Assembly (NCBI GenBank): GCA_964016885.1
Contig: OZ024753.1
Location: 12,958,001-13,022,000, forward strand
Direction: 5' to 3'
Source: Eledone cirrhosa
Taxonomy: Eukaryota
DNA length: 64,000 nt
Each line of letters begins with the position of its first letter. The stretch's first letter is position 1. Of the stretch, positions 58,201 through 64,000 are shown one piece after another. Position numbers and translations under genes: made by a program. Below the pieces are notes generated by a model, which was not told the DNA's origin, did no database searches, and saw only the letters and a program-made list of their open reading frames with translations.

Positions 58201-58391
58201 AATATTTTTTACTGCCAAATCAACCTCCCAAATGCAAGGTGATTGAAAGGTATGTCGTATCTATTTATTTATAAGACTGTTTATATTGTATTTTGTCTGA
58301 AGAAGGCATAACATATTGTTAATATGATATCCCTGAAATATATATAACGAAATAAATATGGTTTTATAAATATAGTTTCCATTTATTTAAT

Positions 58392-58397
<6 letters not shown>
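55270..58397 (-). mobile_element. Penelope-like element 3' half (intact GIY-YIG ORF 57645-56671) between about 650-bp inverted repeats
   Basis: SNHP...WFAPPFSL...KCNCRDRSKCPLNNNCL...YVGST...FKLRYNNH...CDLC...CCRHR; inverted arms 55270-55919 / 57745-58397. Confidence 0.9.
58293..58350 (+). ncRNA. Hammerhead motif in PLE inverted repeat (mirrored about 55317-55376)
   Basis: ttgt-CTGAAGA-agg...cct-GAAAT-ATAT-ATA-acga; relatives at 3918-3960 and about 18885-18940. Confidence 0.55.
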
Positions 58398-58448
<51 letters not shown>

Positions 58449-58699
58449 CAGAACTAATATATTATGCTGCCAATACCTTAATGGGACACGGGTATACAAT
58501 ACCTAACTCCTATTAACCTAAGTATATATATATATATATATATATATATACTTATCCTTATATATATTAGAGTTACTAGTTATATCACAATATATATTTG
58601 CACTAAATATCTCTTCGTTATGATAGTTGAATGTAATACCTCTTGCAAATATAATAGAACCATTCGCTTGTATTTATTGGTTTTTAATGGGTATATATG

Positions 58700-58809
<110 letters not shown>

Positions 58810-58837
58810 GGTGAGAGAGAGAGAGAGAGAGAGAGAG

Positions 58838-59023
58838 ATGAGATTCTACAGGACTAGAACTGTTTCATTCTTTATAAATCATCAGAGATTCCTGATGATT
58901 TCTAAAGAATGAAACAGTTCTAGTCCTGTAGAATCTCATCTATATTAAAACTTTTATACTCTGCTATGTATTGAGTACCTTAATAACTGTGGTTACCTCC
59001 GATTCAACTCGGAATAACTTACC

Positions 59024-59060
<37 letters not shown>

Positions 59061-59593
59061 TTATATATATATATCCAGGGTGTGTAACTTGGAGTTACTG
59101 TAGGTTCACCCGAGTGAGCCCTCGATATTTAGGTTCACTTCAGTGTCGAGGTGTAGAGCTAGACAGAGCGTATTATAGTGAAAAGATAACAAAGACGATT
59201 GTTACTCCTTCATTACATTTATTGGTTGATGACGCGCGTTTCGCTACTGATCAGCTCAAGGTTCGATCTGTATCGATCTTACCCGACTCTGTAATCTGCA
59301 GCTCGACGGACCCCTTGAAGTGCAAGTGGAGAAAAAAGGGGGTCCGTCGAGCTGCAGATTACAGAGTCTGGTAAGATCGATACAGATCGAACCTTGAGCT
59401 GATCAGTGACGAATCGCGCGTCACCAACGAATAAATGTAATGAAGGAGTAACCAATCGTCGTTCTTTAAAATAACAGATTAAAGTTTAAGCAAAGAATCG
59501 CTGCTCTCACCCTTAACGGGATCTTCTGAAACTCAGAAGATCCCGTTAAGGGTGAAAGCAGCGATTCTTTGCTTAAACTTTAATGTTATTTTA
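58838..59593. repeat. Three adjacent foldback palindromes (58838-58941, 59195-59460, 59466-59593)
   Basis: Each is a near-perfect inverted pair containing CTGATGA/CAGAAGA...GAAA or GAAACGCGCGTC motifs. Confidence 0.88.
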
Positions 59594-60049
59594 ATAAATA
59601 TTTGCTCTACGGTTCTTATATATATGATATATATTTATCCTTATCGAGCTCTCTTTGGATTTTAGTCTTCAAATGTATTATTATTAATATTATTATCATT
59701 ATTATATATATATATATATATATATAGATATATATATATATATATATAACGAAGGAAATGTGGTAAGGAACCAGGTGGACCATAACGCACCAAAGTACTC
59801 AATACTTGGGGTAGTAGAGTGGGTAATAGGAACCAGTAAGACCCCGACGGCTGAGCTCAAGCCGTTTCGACGGCTAATTCTGGACTAAATGAAAATTTAT
59901 CCTGGTATTTAAATAGCCGATCTTCTCAAGGGGTAATTCCATATATGGTCAAAGTGATTGTCAAAAGTCAGTAGTAATTAAGAATGTAGGCTTCACATGC
60001 AGCAGCTATGCTGGGACAGCATGCAACAAACAGCCACAGGAAACAAGTA

Positions 60050-60973
60050 CCACCAATCTCTGGGAGGGCTCTGTAGAAACAGTAGACAGCTTCTGCTACC
60101 TAGGTGACCGAATTAGCAGCAGAGATGGGTGTTCAGAAAGTACAATAACTAAGGTAAGAACAGGATGGAAGAAGTTTAGGGAACTACTACCACTGGTAGC
60201 GGCAAAAGGCTTCTCCCTCAGAATGAAAGGCAGACTGTATGATGCGTGTATCCGAACAGCGATGTTGCATGGTAGTGAGACCTGGGCGCTGAAGGTGGAA
60301 GACTTACGTAAATTAGAGAGAAACGAAGCCTGCATGCTCCGATGGGTGTGTAACAGTAATATACATGAACGACAAAGCATAAATGAATTGAGAGAGAGAC
60401 TGAGCATAATAGGAATCAAATGCTGTGTGCAGGAGAGGCGGTTGCGCTGGTATGGACATGTGATGCGTATGAAGGATGACAGCTGCATAAAAAGGTGCAG
60501 AGCACTAGAAGTCGATGGAAACCGCGGTGTGGTGAGACCCAAGATGACCTGGGATGATGTGATAAAAGCCGACCTTACCCAATTACACCTCTCAAAGGCA
60601 ATGACACACGACCGTGTCCTCTGGCGTCACGCTGTAATACAGGGTACCCGACCTTTCATGGGTACAAGCTGAAGCATATAGACAATATGCCCCCACGCCC
60701 CCCACCGCAAAGGGGTCGTGGAGGTGCCACGGCAAAAAAGCACCCAGCCCACACTGTGAAGTGGACGTGTAGGCGCCACGAAAAAGCAACCAGCACTCAC
60801 TGTAAATGAGGTTGGTGTTAGGAAGGGCATCCAGCTGTAGAAATCAGGCCACATCAGTTCCTGTATGAGCAAGGCATGGTCAGCCGACCAGACACTGGCC
60901 ACAACAGTACAACCCGTCTAACCCATGCTAGCGTGGAAGAACGGACGTAAAACGGTGATGATGATGATGATGA
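60050..60973 (+). mobile_element. RTE-clade LINE 3' fragment with (GAT)n tail
   Basis: VDSFCYLGD...KGRLYDACIRTAMLHGSETW...RRLRWYGHVMRM; 3' end GGACGTAAAACGGTGATGATGAT. Confidence 0.9.
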
Positions 60974-60988
60974 TATATGTATATGTAT

Positions 60989-61040
<52 letters not shown>

Positions 61041-61157
61041 GTATATGTATACATATATATGTATCTGTATACATGTATATATGTATATGTAAATATACAT
61101 ATGTATATGTATATGTATACATGTATATATGTATATGTAAATATACATATGTATATG

Positions 61158-61212
<55 letters not shown>

Positions 61213-61222
61213 GTATATATAC

Positions 61223-61298
<76 letters not shown>

Positions 61299-61335
61299 AT
61301 GTATATTTACATATACATATACATATATACATATA

Positions 61336-61408
<73 letters not shown>

Positions 61409-61430
61409 ATATGTATATTTACATATACAT

Positions 61431-61510
<80 letters not shown>

Positions 61511-61839
61511 GTATATATGTATATATATATGTATATATATATATATATTAATATATATGTATATATGTACATATGTATATATATATATATACATATATAG
61601 ACATATATATATATACATATACATATATACATATATATATACATGTACATATATATATACATGTATATATATATATATACATACATATATACATATATAT
61701 GTATACATATATATATATACATATATATATATACACATATATATATAGATATATGCACAGACACACACACATATGTATATACATATAAATATATATATAT
61801 ACGTATATATATATACACATATATACATGTATATATATA

Positions 61840-61874
<35 letters not shown>

Positions 61875-61939
61875 ATATATATACACATTTATACAAATAT
61901 ATATGTGTGTATATCTATTTGTAAATCTATATATGTGTA

Positions 61940-61996
<57 letters not shown>
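60974..61996. repeat. About 1-kb degenerate (TA)n tract just upstream of GRL-3
   Basis: Seen directly. Confidence 0.95.
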
Positions 61997-61999
<3 letters not shown>

Positions 62000-62163
62000 A
62001 AGCTTTTCTCCATATCACTGTGTATTTCATCTGAGTGAATATTATCTGATTACTTAGCAACGATTACACAGCTTATTAGGACTTTATCTAGTTTGTCAGC
62101 TTTAGCTTCTCGAACGACTAGCAAACACTTAAACAAATACAGCTCGTCTCTCTGATTTTCGAA

Positions 62164-63153
62164 ATGCATAAGATTACAAGTATTGAAGAAGGCCAACACA
62201 GTGAAAGCTTGAAAATAAAAGACACGATATTTTTCAAGTTCCTGAAATATTTTTTAGAACATAATTATATGAGATTAAGTGAAATGATATCTTTACTGAA
62301 ATCACACACGTTCAAAGCATTGTGTTTGCTAGCTATTTATATTGTGGTCTTTATATATTTGATTCTAAACCCTATTTGCCTCATTGTTAATTTAACAACC
62401 TTAAAAGGTATACCTGATGCCAACATGTTTATGTATGGCCTCATTACATTTTGCTATTGTATAATGTCTATCCTATGTTACATGAAATACTTCAAAGAAC
62501 CTCATTTCAAGGAGATAATTGAAATATTGTCCAAAATTGAAATTGAAGAGAAAGATGGAAAACTGTACAGTTTCATATATTCATATAAGTCACTTTGTAT
62601 ATTTGTAGCCATGTATACTATTTCTATCATAATTGCAGAGCTCATAATACCTATTTTTAGTAAAGACAGTGATCTGTTCGATTTTCTAACATTTCAAATG
62701 ACGATGGATTATAAGTACCTCATGGTAATTTTAAAATTTACACTACAAATACTTTCCATTCTACCGCTGGTGATTGATCTGTATATAAGCATTTTACTTC
62801 AGCTTGATCTTACTCATGAGTTTAACAAACTGGCCAAGGAGGCTGAAGGGTACGTAAAGGTAATGCAATCCCCCAATCCGGAAGCTATCAAGAAATATGA
62901 AGAGATTAAAGAAATATGCAACAGACATGACAAACTGAGTTCATCACTGAGATTATTAAATGATTATTTTCAGTATATTTTAGGATGTCTCGTATTTGGT
63001 AGTATTCTTAGTTGTTGTCTTACAACTTACGGAATAATAAATAACTTATTACAAAATGATACGGATTCATACATTTATGTATTACTTACGACGTTCGGCT
63101 TCCTGTCTTTCTGGATTATACTAGTTTTGTTGGGCCTCCGTTTACATATATCG
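62164..63153 (+). CDS. GRL-3 exon 1, 330 codons (later exons not in window)
   Basis: Multi-TM ORF with AELIIPI (cf. GRL-2 AEFILPI) and EFNKL...RHDKLSSSLRLLNDYF. Ends LGLRLHIS|GTAAGT at the same phase-0 position as the paralogs. Confidence 0.85.
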
Positions 63154-63479
63154 GTAAGTCTATATATAAATTTCTGTGATTCTGTCACAACACGTAAAGA
63201 GAGAGGGGTAGTTTGACTACCTCATACTACTCCTCTTTCTTTGCGTCTGATGACTGCGTGAATGTATGTGTGTGTAAAAGGAAGGCAGGAGGTGGTGAAA
63301 CACTATAGTGGTTGGCGTTCCACTTGTTATGCTGTACATGCGTGTATGTTTGTGTGAATGTTAGTGTGTGTGTTTATGTGAATGTATATCTAGATGTGCA
63401 TGTGTGTATGTATTTGTGTGAATGTATGTGTGTGTTTCTGTGAATGTATGTGTGTGTTTGTGCGAATGTATGTGTGTGT

Positions 63480-64000
63480 TTATGTAAAGGAAGATGACAC
63501 CCATGTCATAAGTAGCTCTCCAAAGATGTCATTGCGTTCCTATCTAGCTATTTGGCATGATGTGGTGGCCAAAACACTGTACAATGCAATCTTCAGAAAA
63601 TATAGCCCCGATAATAAACACATTTTAAAAGCTACAGAAATGTGGAAGACATCCATATACATATTATAAAAGGGTACTGGTGGAATGTTCCGGTAAAAAC
63701 CCCAATAAAATGCAGACATAACAGACCAGATATAATTATATGGGACAGGGGAAAGAAGGCATGCACATTAGTGGAAATTAGCTGCCCAGCAGATGCCAAT
63801 ATAATATCAATGATTAGCGAAAAGGGGAATATATATGCAGAACTAATGAGAAATCTGCAGATACTCCATTCTGACTATACCTTCAGATTTATACCTGTGA
63901 TTATTGGGGCACTGAGGTATGTTATTAACTGCCTCAATACAAATCTTGAGAAGCTAGGCTTCACAGGAATAGAAAGAACACAACTAGTTAGGAAAGTACA
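63480..64000 (+). mobile_element. RLE-type non-LTR retrotransposon fragment (in GRL-3 intron 1)
   Basis: HVISS...HDVVAK, then WWNVPV...HNRPDIIIWD...LVEISCP...IPVIIGAL (PD-(D/E)xK restriction-like endonuclease); frameshifted. Confidence 0.8.

Overview
AT-rich, microsatellite-saturated eukaryotic DNA. The SINE families, RTE tails and (TA)n/(CATA)n load suggest a cephalopod such as octopus (inference). The only host genes are a tandem, plus-strand array of three divergent gustatory-receptor-like (GRL / 7TM ion channel) genes. I reconstructed two complete 4-exon models by hand: GRL-1 13799-25249 (409 aa) and GRL-2 36193-47396 (414 aa). Only exon 1 of GRL-3 (62164-63153) lies in the window. Both complete genes have a long first exon, three phase-0 introns, internal exons of 69 and 90 nt, and a TM7 (T/S)Y-hhhhh-Q-type terminal exon. 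The rest is mobile DNA: four Penelope-like (PLE) fragments, RTE, CR1-like and RLE-type LINE fragments, two Tc1/mariner relics, Helitron-like pieces and many tRNA-derived SINEs. Also notable are more than a dozen hammerhead-ribozyme motifs, many inside foldback palindromes beside (TA)n, and tandem arrays that arose from a LINE 5' junction and from a GRL splice donor. Most ORFs in the supplied track are microsatellite artefacts. No searches or folding programs were run; structures were read by eye and repeat boundaries are approximate.
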